DNA of 30,891 nucleotides from a candidate division WOR-3 bacterium. GTDB taxonomy: Bacteria; Hydrothermota; Tepidihabitantia; Tepidihabitantales; Tepidihabitantaceae. The stretch spans positions 1-30,891 of the forward strand of contig CBFGKH010000015.1 in NCBI GenBank assembly GCA_965649295.1. Reading direction: 5' to 3'. Of the stretch, positions 1-7,011 are shown piece after piece. The notes below the pieces were generated by a model. The model saw only the letters and a program-made list of their open reading frames with translations, ran no database searches and was not told the origin of the DNA. Position 1 is the first letter of the stretch, and every line of letters begins with the position of its first letter. The translations under genes were made by a program, and so were the position numbers.

Positions 1-2
1 GG

Positions 3-542
3 CAAGAAGCCGTCAAGGGCGGCGGTGTCCGTGAGCTGGTGGAGCGGGTCGAAGTGCCGGTCTACGCCGGTGCGTTGGGCGTGCCGGGCGTGACGCAAAT
101 TGAGCCAGAGCGGTTGCTGGCGCTGGGTTACCGGTTGACCGGCGTAGTGCCGGTGCTTTGCCGCTGCGCAGAAGGCCGGCGGCTGGCGGCCGAGACGCCG
201 ACAGGCATCAGTTTGCCCGACAACGATACCCGCTGCTACTACGTGAGGGCAATCGCCTGTGAGGTGCGCCGACTGTTGGACACACCAATGCCCGACCCGG
301 ACGCCAAGCGACCGTTGGCTGCTCGGTTGCCAGCGTTCAAGCTGCCGCTTTGCCGCTGGTGCGGCAATACCGGAAAGCGGGAAGCTCCACCGCTTCGGCC
401 GTCCGGGAAGCCGTTCTGGTGCTATTGCAACTGTTGCATTGGCCATCTTCTCGAGACGGCAGAGACCAGTAGTGACGCCGGCTGGGTGGCACGGGCAAGA
501 CTGGAATTGGCAAAAATACAGGAGGCGAGCAATGTCCGTTGA
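3..542 (+). CDS. Cys-rich putative Zn-binding protein, 5'-truncated by the window edge
   Basis: Frame is open from position 3 (QEAVKGGGVRELVERVEV...). Contains CRCAEG, CRWCGNTG and CYCNCCIG motifs; the stop overlaps the next gene. Confidence 0.6.
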   Translation, partial: QEAVKGGGVRELVERVEVPVYAGALGVPGVTQIEPERLLALGYRLTGVVPVLCRCAEGRRLAAETPTGISLPDNDTRCYYVRAIACEVRRLLDTPMPDPDAKRPLAARLPAFKLPLCRWCGNTGKREAPPLRPSGKPFWCYCNCCIGHLLETAETSSDAGWVARARLELAKIQEASNVR

Positions 543-1074
543 GTTTCGCGAGAAATATACGGGCGAGCTTGCCCACATCAAGAATCCGGCCATTCAACCG
601 CTTGCTGACTGGCTGCTGGATTGGGCCAGACAGCACGGCGGCGAAGTGTCGGCCAACGATGTGCCGAGAGACCTGATTGAGCGCAACAACTGGCGTAATG
701 CCGCCGGCGAGCTGTTGGGCAATTACGCTATTGGAACGGCGCTGCGGCGGTTGGAGTGGCTTGGGCTGGTCGAGCCGGTGCGCAGGATACCGGCGGGCGG
801 TGAGAACGACTCTCACCGGCAGGTGACCGTCTACCGGTTGACCGAGCCAGTGCGGCCGCCGGTGAGCGAGCCCGATAACCGGGCGCTGGCAGAGTCGGTG
901 GCTTGGTTGCTGTGCCGACTCCGGGAATGGCCGGCACCGCCAAAGGGCGCCACAGTTGAGTTTGTCGCCGGCTGGCGGGCGGCGCTGCGAGAGCTAAACG
1001 ATTCGGTTCTGGTGTCGGCAATCCGGGAGCAACTAAGGGCCGTCGGAGTTTGGGCCGACGAGGAGGACAAATGA
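532..1074 (+). CDS. Putative winged-helix DNA-binding protein (180 aa)
   Basis: GGAGG then ATG532 (MSVEFREKY...). The segment AIGTALRRLEWLGLVE...VTVYRLT resembles a wHTH recognition helix plus wing. The track's 259 start is an unlikely extension. Confidence 0.6.
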   Translation: MSVEFREKYTGELAHIKNPAIQPLADWLLDWARQHGGEVSANDVPRDLIERNNWRNAAGELLGNYAIGTALRRLEWLGLVEPVRRIPAGGENDSHRQVTVYRLTEPVRPPVSEPDNRALAESVAWLLCRLREWPAPPKGATVEFVAGWRAALRELNDSVLVSAIREQLRAVGVWADEEDK

Positions 1075-1523
1075 CCGACAGTTACTGCTGGCGATGTGTC
1101 GAGTGCGGCGAACGCTTTGCGCTTGACGACCTAGTTCGGTTCTCCGACCGTTGTCCGCATTGTGGAGCGATAGGGAACCGGTTGACCCTGATAGAAGCAC
1201 GAGGCAGAAGCGAGGAGCAAATGACTATGAGGCTGATACAAGATGTTTGCGACGCCGTAATTGCGCGGGCCTTTTCGGCCGCCTACGACGAGGCGGTAGC
1301 GCTGGCGAAAGAAGTCGGCATACCCGAAAGCGAAGTGACGCCTGACGCCGACCACAAGGACGAAATAGTGAACCTTGTGGTCGAAACCATAAAGCAACAC
1401 CCGCCAAAGCCGGATGACAACTTGGCAATCTGGACTGTTGCGACGTCCAAGTTACTGCTCGACGTCGTAAACCGCAACCGTGAGCTGTTTTTTTCGGACT
1501 GCTCGAGCGTATCAGGGCGATGA
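1071..1523 (+). CDS. Zn-ribbon plus helical domain protein
   Basis: AGGAGG RBS and ATGA overlap with the upstream stop; CVECG...CPHCG. A possible internal start lies at ATG1221 after GAGGAG. Confidence 0.7.
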   Translation: MTDSYCWRCVECGERFALDDLVRFSDRCPHCGAIGNRLTLIEARGRSEEQMTMRLIQDVCDAVIARAFSAAYDEAVALAKEVGIPESEVTPDADHKDEIVNLVVETIKQHPPKPDDNLAIWTVATSKLLLDVVNRNRELFFSDCSSVSGR

Positions 1524-1627
1524 AAGCCAGGCGACAGACGGACTAGGCAGGGCAAAGCAATGGCGGAGTGGCGGTCAACAATTAAGCCGATGGCGCCGCA
1601 GACTCGCACCGACCGCCACTCCGCACC

Positions 1628-1666
1628 AAAAAAACACTTGACAGACTGCGCAAGGTTAGGTAAGCT
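1628..1666 (+). promoter_or_regulatory. Sigma70-type promoter
   Basis: TTGACA (1638-1643), 17 nt spacer, TAAGCT (1661-1666), preceded by an A-tract in an intergenic gap. Confidence 0.65.
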
Positions 1667-1700
1667 GCAATACGATGAGGCAGTCAGGAAAGGAGACCCG

Positions 1701-2075
1701 ATGAATTGGCCCGAGAAACCCGGCGCTGTTTCGGCGCTGGTGCTAAACGACATCAAGCTGAAAATTGCGCAGGCGGCAGTTCGGCAGGCGTTCACTATCG
1801 CACACGGCCGGGCGACCAAACTAGCCGTCGAGCTAGGGCTGCCCGAACCGCAACCGGACGGCGAGAAGGCCCGTGCGATTGCTGACACAATCGCCGAGCA
1901 AATCAAGAACGCAATGCCGAACCCGCATCAGAGCCTACTAGAGTGGGCCGACGCACTGGCCCGGAAGCTGGCCGGAGAGCTAGACGAGCGGACTGACGGT
2001 GCGTTTGAGCGGTTCTACGCTGAGGCCGACGCTTTACGGGCGAGGCGAGAGGCCGAGCAGAAAGGAGGCGACTAA
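1701..2075 (+). CDS. Hypothetical helical protein, paralogue of the C-terminal part of 1071..1523
   Basis: AAGGAG RBS before ATG1701, downstream of the promoter; aligns by eye with the upstream gene product. Confidence 0.7.
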   Translation: MNWPEKPGAVSALVLNDIKLKIAQAAVRQAFTIAHGRATKLAVELGLPEPQPDGEKARAIADTIAEQIKNAMPNPHQSLLEWADALARKLAGELDERTDGAFERFYAEADALRARREAEQKGGD

Positions 2076-2131
2076 TGCCGTGTGGTAGCCGTAGTCGTGG
2101 CCGTAGTCGTGGGCGTAAGCGGGGGCGGTAA
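2075..2131 (+). CDS. 18-aa Arg-rich microprotein MPCGSRSRGRSRGRKRGR
   Basis: AAGGAGG RBS; TAATG overlaps with both neighbouring genes; exactly fills the gap. Confidence 0.6.
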   Translation: MPCGSRSRGRSRGRKRGR

Positions 2132-2355
2132 TGGTTAGGCAGTTTGCTAGAATAGTTCCAAATCGAGAGTTCGGGGCTGTAATTGCCCGACTGATTGAGC
2201 TTGGCGATGTCAAGGATGCCGTGTCGCTGGTGCGACTTGCCGGTTCAGGCGGGCGCATCAGAGTCATCGGCGAAGGCGAGAATAGGACTGTGGTAAAACA
2301 GGGCAGTTATCGGCGTATTGTGCTGTCGGAAAGCTGCCTGAGGATGGAGAGTTGA
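2131..2355 (+). CDS. Hypothetical protein (74 aa)
   Basis: ORF coupled to the upstream stop by TAATG; tiles the operon. Confidence 0.6.
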   Translation: MVRQFARIVPNREFGAVIARLIELGDVKDAVSLVRLAGSGGRIRVIGEGENRTVVKQGSYRRIVLSESCLRMES

Positions 2356-2357
2356 CG

Positions 2358-2606
2358 ATGAAGCGAAACATAAAGCCTAGCGAAGCGCTGGTCTGTGTGC
2401 TGCACGGATTGCCGGTAGAGGATATCGCCGAAAAGGGCAAGCCGGAGCGGCTTGTGTGTCCGGCGGGCTGCAATCGAGAAACCCGGCTGGTAGGTTGGCT
2501 GAAGACAGTGCCGAAGGCACAGGCCGAGAAGGCGCTGGCTGCGTTCAAGGAGAACCCGACCGGCTTTGTGGCAAAGCCAATACCGAAAAGGGACAAGGAC
2601 AAATAG
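2358..2606 (+). CDS. Hypothetical basic protein with CxxH...CxxxC motif
   Basis: GGAG then ATG2358; CVLHG...CPAGC; Lys-rich tail. Confidence 0.65.
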   Translation: MKRNIKPSEALVCVLHGLPVEDIAEKGKPERLVCPAGCNRETRLVGWLKTVPKAQAEKALAAFKENPTGFVAKPIPKRDKDK

Positions 2607-2612
2607 GAGGCC

Positions 2613-3017
2613 GTGATGAGAGCGTTGACGATTGGTCTGATTGCGCTGGCGCTTGTGTCGGCGGTGTCTATTGCCGTCGCACAGGACGCCGTTACCGGCC
2701 AACCGCCGGGCTTCCCGGACTGGTTCTGGCTGGTGCTTGGCGCAGTGCTGCCCTGGCTGTATCAGGTGCTGCTGTCGCCACTGCCCGGCTGGGCTAGGTT
2801 CGTTCTGTCGTGGGGGCTTTCGGCGGCCATCAGTGTGCTGGTTGGCGTAGTCTTCCTGCACTACGGGTTGAGCGAGCTTTTACGCAACTTCGCTTGGCTG
2901 GTGGCGGCAAGCCAGGCCGTCTACGAGCTGCTAGTCAAGCCAGCGGCGAAGGCCGGCGCTGCGGCGGGCAGGCGTAACCGGTTCACGCTGCCGTTCCTAA
3001 AAAAGTTGTCCCTGTAA
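2613..3017 (+). CDS. Holin-like membrane protein with N-terminal signal/TM segment
   Basis: AGGAGG RBS; N-terminal hydrophobic segment ending AVA-Q, about three further hydrophobic segments and a basic C-terminus; lies near the endolysin. Confidence 0.55.
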   Translation: MMRALTIGLIALALVSAVSIAVAQDAVTGQPPGFPDWFWLVLGAVLPWLYQVLLSPLPGWARFVLSWGLSAAISVLVGVVFLHYGLSELLRNFAWLVAASQAVYELLVKPAAKAGAAAGRRNRFTLPFLKKLSL

Positions 3018-3102
3018 GATTATCACGATGCCAGCCACTTCTTGCTGCTCCTCTGGCAATCGGGTGACGCACACCCAACACGCAACACCGGGCCGCACCG
3101 GT

Positions 3103-3576
3103 ATGGCTGGCGTCGTTCAATCCTCTGTCGCCGGTGCGGCCCGTTCTTTCGTTGCGTTCCTGCCGGGCTGTCCCGTTCCACAGGCACGGGCGAGGCTGAG
3201 TAGGCGAGGACGCTGCTATTATCCGGCCGGTTCAATGGCATATCGGCGGCGCTTGGTGCTGTTACTGTCGGCGCTGCGAAGAGGCCAGCCGGCAATTACC
3301 GGGCCGGTGGCGCTGAGTCTGTGCTTCTGTCTGTCGAGACCCAAGGCCAAGAACGGCGGCTTGACTCCGGCCGGGCGGCGGCAGTGGCCGGACTCGGCGC
3401 ACACCGGCGACCTGAGCAATTACGTCAAGCAGCTAGAGGATGCCCTCGAGACGGCCGGCATTATCGGCAACGATGCCGCTGTCGTTCGAGTTTGCGCTGA
3501 TAAGCGTTGGGCTGGTGACGACCGGCAGGTCGGGGTGTCGGTGCTGGTGCAGGAGTTGGCCAATGCTAGTGGTTGA
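3103..3576 (+). CDS. rusA: RusA-family Holliday junction resolvase
   Basis: FLPGCPVPQARAR N-terminal motif, GPVALSLCF, and DLSNYVKQLEDAL...GIIGNDAAV catalytic pattern (DxxNxxKxxxD...D). Start uncertain (3028 or 3103). Confidence 0.85.
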   Translation: MAGVVQSSVAGAARSFVAFLPGCPVPQARARLSRRGRCYYPAGSMAYRRRLVLLLSALRRGQPAITGPVALSLCFCLSRPKAKNGGLTPAGRRQWPDSAHTGDLSNYVKQLEDALETAGIIGNDAAVVRVCADKRWAGDDRQVGVSVLVQELANASG

Positions 3577-4162
3577 CGCTGGACACGGCGGCAAGGACAC
3601 CGGCGCAACGGCCGGCGGGCTGAACGAGGCGGCCGTCAACTTGTCGGTTGCCGGAATGCTGGCACGCAAGGCCGAGCGGCATTGCCCGGTTCTGGCGCCG
3701 GTTGGACTGGTGCGACCGACAAGGGCCGGAATGACGCCGGCAGAACGGCAATCGGCGATTCGGGCACTGCTGAATGCCGGGCCGCAACCGAGAGCCTTTG
3801 TATCGGTTCACTGTGACAGCTCGCCGAACCCGACCGTGCGGGGCTTTTCTGTTTGGACAACAAGGGGCGGCACGCCAAGCGATGCGCTGGCAACGGCCGT
3901 CTGGGCCAGACTCCGACAAGTCGCTTATACCCCCTACCAGATGCCAGCACGGGCGGATTACTGCGACAACGACCCGGACTACGAGGCCGACTTCTATGTC
4001 CTGCGGATTGCCGAGTCCTGCGGTGCGGCGGCGGTGCTGGTCGAGTTGGGCTTCCTAAGCAATGCTACAGATCGGGCGATATTGCGATCCGTGTCGCATC
4101 GGGGCAACATCTCTCAGGCTATTCTGTTGGGCGTGAACGACTGGGCGAGGATTCGGGCGTGA
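3563..4162 (+). CDS. Endolysin, N-acetylmuramoyl-L-alanine amidase (Amidase_3)
   Basis: VVDAGHGGKDTGA, NEAAVNL, FVSVHCD and AVLVELGFLSN Zn-amidase motifs; AGGAG before ATG3563. Confidence 0.93.
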   Translation: MLVVDAGHGGKDTGATAGGLNEAAVNLSVAGMLARKAERHCPVLAPVGLVRPTRAGMTPAERQSAIRALLNAGPQPRAFVSVHCDSSPNPTVRGFSVWTTRGGTPSDALATAVWARLRQVAYTPYQMPARADYCDNDPDYEADFYVLRIAESCGAAAVLVELGFLSNATDRAILRSVSHRGNISQAILLGVNDWARIRA

Positions 4163-4287
4163 TGCGGACGGTGCTGACCGTCATTGGCGCGGTGTCGATC
4201 GCCGGAGTCGTCGTGGCCACGCTGGTGCTGATGGCCGGGAAGAACGAGACGAGCGATAGGAGGAGCGATGAGCGAGACAGTCCGTAA
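4162..4287 (+). CDS. Small single-pass membrane protein (41 aa)
   Basis: TGATG overlap with the endolysin stop; MRTVLTVIGAVSIAGVVVATLVLMAG followed by a charged tail. Confidence 0.5.
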   Translation: MRTVLTVIGAVSIAGVVVATLVLMAGKNETSDRRSDERDSP

Positions 4288-4474
4288 TCCCGACAAGGTC
4301 AATCTGAACGATCTTGCCAGAGCTGTAACGCTGGAGGAAGGCGGCAAGGTGAGCCTGCCGATCGGCCAAGTGCGCGAGGTGCTGCGGCTGGTGCTGCGGC
4401 GTTTGGCGACCGATTACACGGAGGCCGCTGTGCTGGCAACGCTGCGCCGCGTGCGACGCAAGGCGGCGCAATGA
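4268..4474 (+). CDS. Small basic helical protein, weak resemblance to HU/IHF N-terminal helices
   Basis: AGGAGGAG RBS; VNLNDLARAVTLEEGG...QVREVLRLVLRRL. Confidence 0.6.
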   Translation: MSETVRNPDKVNLNDLARAVTLEEGGKVSLPIGQVREVLRLVLRRLATDYTEAAVLATLRRVRRKAAQ

Positions 4475-4600
4475 GCAGAGCTATCGGGCGTAGCGTCAAC
4501 GAGTTGCGCGACCTAGCGAGGTCGTCGGACTTGATGAGTTTGCGACATTGGGCAGTATCGCCCGCGTCCTCGGCGTTGAGGGCAAACTACCGGAGGAGCT

Positions 4601-4828
4601 GTGAATGACAATTGGGTCGTGAAGCTGTGGATCGGGATGCAGGATGGGCTGTGGTTTCGCAAGTGTCCGCCGACGCTGTGCACTAGGGGCAAGTGCCCGG
4701 ACTCGATTGACGACATTGCGCTGGCGCAGAGATTCGTCAGCCGCGCCGAAGCCGAGGAGTGCGCCCGCGTTCTGGCGTGGACGATGCCCGGCGTGATCAG
4801 AGCGGAGGCGGTGCGCTCGGCGCTATGA
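4601..4828 (+). CDS. Hypothetical protein (75 aa)
   Basis: GGAGG then GTG4601; DIALAQRFVSRAEAE segment. Confidence 0.6.
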   Translation: MNDNWVVKLWIGMQDGLWFRKCPPTLCTRGKCPDSIDDIALAQRFVSRAEAEECARVLAWTMPGVIRAEAVRSAL

Positions 4829-4885
4829 CCGCTGTCGCAATGCTGGTCTTCGGTGGCTGCTGGCTGGACGAACTGAGGTGACTGT

Positions 4886-5536
4886 GTGGCGGTGATGATG
4901 CCTGATTCATTGAGGCCATTACTGCGGCCGATAACCGACCTGATCCCCTATGAGCGCAATGCCCGGCGGCACAAGCCGGAGGACATTGACCGATTGTGCA
5001 AGAGTCTAGAGTTCTACGGCTGGACGAGCCCGATAATCGCGTGGGCGCACGACGGCAGGCTATATATATCGGCCGGACACCTGCGTTATCAGGCAGCGTT
5101 GCGGCTCGGAATGGCCGAAGTGCCGGTGCTGGTGCGGGATGACTGGGACGAGGCAACCTTCCGGGCTTATACGATCTGGGACAATCAGTCCGTGCTGCGG
5201 GCCGAGTGGGACATCGACCTGCTACGGGACGAGTTGCAGACTCTGGACTTGGCACAGTTTGACTTGTCGCTCGCAGGGTTCGATCAGCCTGACATTCAAT
5301 CGTTGGGTGTTGCCGTGTCCGCGACGGAGTGGCCAGATCTGCCAGACGCGCCGAGGCCGGAGTTCCATCAACGCACCTTCGTCCTGCACGACAGCCAAGT
5401 CCCGGTTGTAGATGCGGCGCTTAGAGCAGCAAAAGCGGCGGGCGAGTTTGACGGCCCTAACCAAAACAGCAACGGGAATGCCCTGACCAGAATCGCCGAG
5501 GCATACCTCGCGGGAGGTGAGGGTGGGCGCAGCTAA
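4886..5536 (+). CDS. ParB/Sulfiredoxin N-terminal domain protein of the type found beside phage DNA-modification genes
   Basis: LIPYERNARRH...SLEFYGWTSPII...AGHLRYQAALRLGMAEVPV...YTIWDN; no methylase domain follows. Confidence 0.88.
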   Translation: MAVMMPDSLRPLLRPITDLIPYERNARRHKPEDIDRLCKSLEFYGWTSPIIAWAHDGRLYISAGHLRYQAALRLGMAEVPVLVRDDWDEATFRAYTIWDNQSVLRAEWDIDLLRDELQTLDLAQFDLSLAGFDQPDIQSLGVAVSATEWPDLPDAPRPEFHQRTFVLHDSQVPVVDAALRAAKAAGEFDGPNQNSNGNALTRIAEAYLAGGEGGRS

Positions 5537-6359
5537 GGCGCTTGAGATCAGGCCGATACCATCTCAGGTCGCTAACGCGTTTGTGCGGCGAGTTCATTAT
5601 AGCGGTAAGGTCGCACCGAACTCGCAACTTCACTTGGGGGTGTTCTGGAACGGAAGGCTCGAGGGCGCGATGCAGTTCGGCCCATCATTAGACAAGAGCA
5701 AGATTATCGGGCTGGTGCGTGGGACTGGGTGGAATCAGTTCCTTGAACTCAACCGCCTTGCGTTCACAGATGTTTTGCCACGCAACAGCGAGTCTAGGGC
5801 GTTGGGCGTGGCGTTTCGAATGATGCGGCGGCTCTATCCACATATCAAGTGGGTCGTTTCGTTCGCCGATGCGACACAATGCGGCGATGGGACAATATAC
5901 CGGGCGGCAGGGTTTGTGCTGACCGCCGTCAGGCGGAATAACTCCCTTTGGGAGCTGCCTGACGATGGGCGTTTCGATTGGCTTGGAACGAAGACCAAAG
6001 CAGGCCGGCGGTTGGTGCATCTCATAGCTCCATCTGGTCGCTCAATCGTTCACGAGGTGTCCACCAGAACCGGCAAGGCTGCGCTTGATATGTTTCAAAT
6101 CACCGGCGGTGCGGCTTCGACGCGTCCGCTTGCCGAGGCGGGAGCGCGGGTGCTTGATGGGTTTCAGCTACGCTATATCTATTTTCTCGACCCGACTTGG
6201 CGCGAGCGGCTGACCGTGCCGGAACTGCCATATTCGGCAATCGTCGAGGCCGGGGCGAAGATGTATCGTGGAGTGCGGCAGGCCGATAGAGGCGCGGGCA
6301 AGCCAATGTCCGAAGGCGGTGCAACCCCGACCCTGCCGCTTGAGATTGCAGACGACTGA
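5523..6359 (+). CDS. mom: Mom-family adenine hypermodification (carbamoylmethylation) enzyme, GNAT fold
   Basis: HYSGK..NSQLHLGVF, LELNRL, PRNSESRAL, YPHIKWVVSFAD, GTIYRAAGF and FQLRYIYFL match the blocks of phage Mu Mom as I recall them; GGAGG RBS before GTG5523. Confidence 0.9.
   Translation: MGAAKALEIRPIPSQVANAFVRRVHYSGKVAPNSQLHLGVFWNGRLEGAMQFGPSLDKSKIIGLVRGTGWNQFLELNRLAFTDVLPRNSESRALGVAFRMMRRLYPHIKWVVSFADATQCGDGTIYRAAGFVLTAVRRNNSLWELPDDGRFDWLGTKTKAGRRLVHLIAPSGRSIVHEVSTRTGKAALDMFQITGGAASTRPLAEAGARVLDGFQLRYIYFLDPTWRERLTVPELPYSAIVEAGAKMYRGVRQADRGAGKPMSEGGATPTLPLEIADD
6275..6340 (+). ncRNA. tRNA-Gly-like cloverleaf nested in the mom 3' end
   Basis: Acceptor GCGGCAG/CTGCCGC plus T discriminator; D-like hairpin GCC-GATAGA-GGC; stem CGGGCA/TGTCCG with loop AGCCAA; T-like arm GGCGG-TGCAACC-CCG(A)CC. 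Confidence 0.65.
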
Positions 6360-6450
6360 GGGCTATCCGATAAAGGCTAAGCTAAAGGCGCGGCGTTGGC
6401 AGGATCGCTGGCGCAGACTGCGCTTTTGCTGGCTGGCAGGATGCTGACGA

Positions 6451-7008
6451 ATGCGGACACCCGGTTATAAAAAGCGCACACTGGACATTCTGACGACAAT
6501 CGAGCATCTGTGCGGGCTGGGGCATACGGTAGAGGAAGTCGCAGACTTTCTGAGCATTAGTCGGCGGACACTGCAACGGTGGCGCAAAGCGTCGCCGGCC
6601 GTAAATGACGCCCTGCTAAAAGGTCAGGCGCGGGCGAAAGTGACAGTGACTAAGGCCCTGTTTGATCTTGCGACCGGCAGGGCGGTCAGAAGCGAGACCC
6701 GCCGGCCGGTGCTGACGGCGGACGGCAGGCCGGTATACGGGCCGGACGGTCGGCCAATCGAGCAGGTTGATCGGCAGTATTACCCGCCCAATCTTGGCGC
6801 ACAGGTCTTCTACCTCTGCAACCGAGACCCGGAGCGGTGGAAGAATGTCCAGCGGGTCGAGCTGTCGCAACCAACCACGCTGCTGCCGATACAGATCGTC
6901 GAGTCTGCAGGGCCAGAGCAGTCTATGCTACCACCGGGAGCTGGCGTCGGCGAGCAGCAGGATAGTCAGAGCGAGGTCGTGGCCGACTATGCCTATGAGG
7001 TAACTTGA
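6451..7008 (+). CDS. terS: Terminase small subunit
   Basis: HTH EEVADFLSISRRTLQRWRK, ALFDLATG and YYPPNLGAQVFYLCNRDPERWKN; immediately upstream of TerL. Confidence 0.8.
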   Translation: MRTPGYKKRTLDILTTIEHLCGLGHTVEEVADFLSISRRTLQRWRKASPAVNDALLKGQARAKVTVTKALFDLATGRAVRSETRRPVLTADGRPVYGPDGRPIEQVDRQYYPPNLGAQVFYLCNRDPERWKNVQRVELSQPTTLLPIQIVESAGPEQSMLPPGAGVGEQQDSQSEVVADYAYEVT

Positions 7009-7011
7009 TCG

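Noticed and set aside
4886..5536. ParB as a plasmid-prophage partition system
   Set aside because: No ParA, HTH domain or parS repeats seen; the context is DNA modification.
6275..6340. Calling the element a canonical tRNA-Gly gene
   Set aside because: It lacks the U8 linker, D-loop GG, U33 and 7-nt anticodon loop, TTC T-loop and CCA, so it is reported as tRNA-like only.
6411..6427. GCGCAGACTGCGCTTTT as a terminator after mom
   Set aside because: Only a 5-6 bp stem with a very small loop and four Ts; too weak to call.
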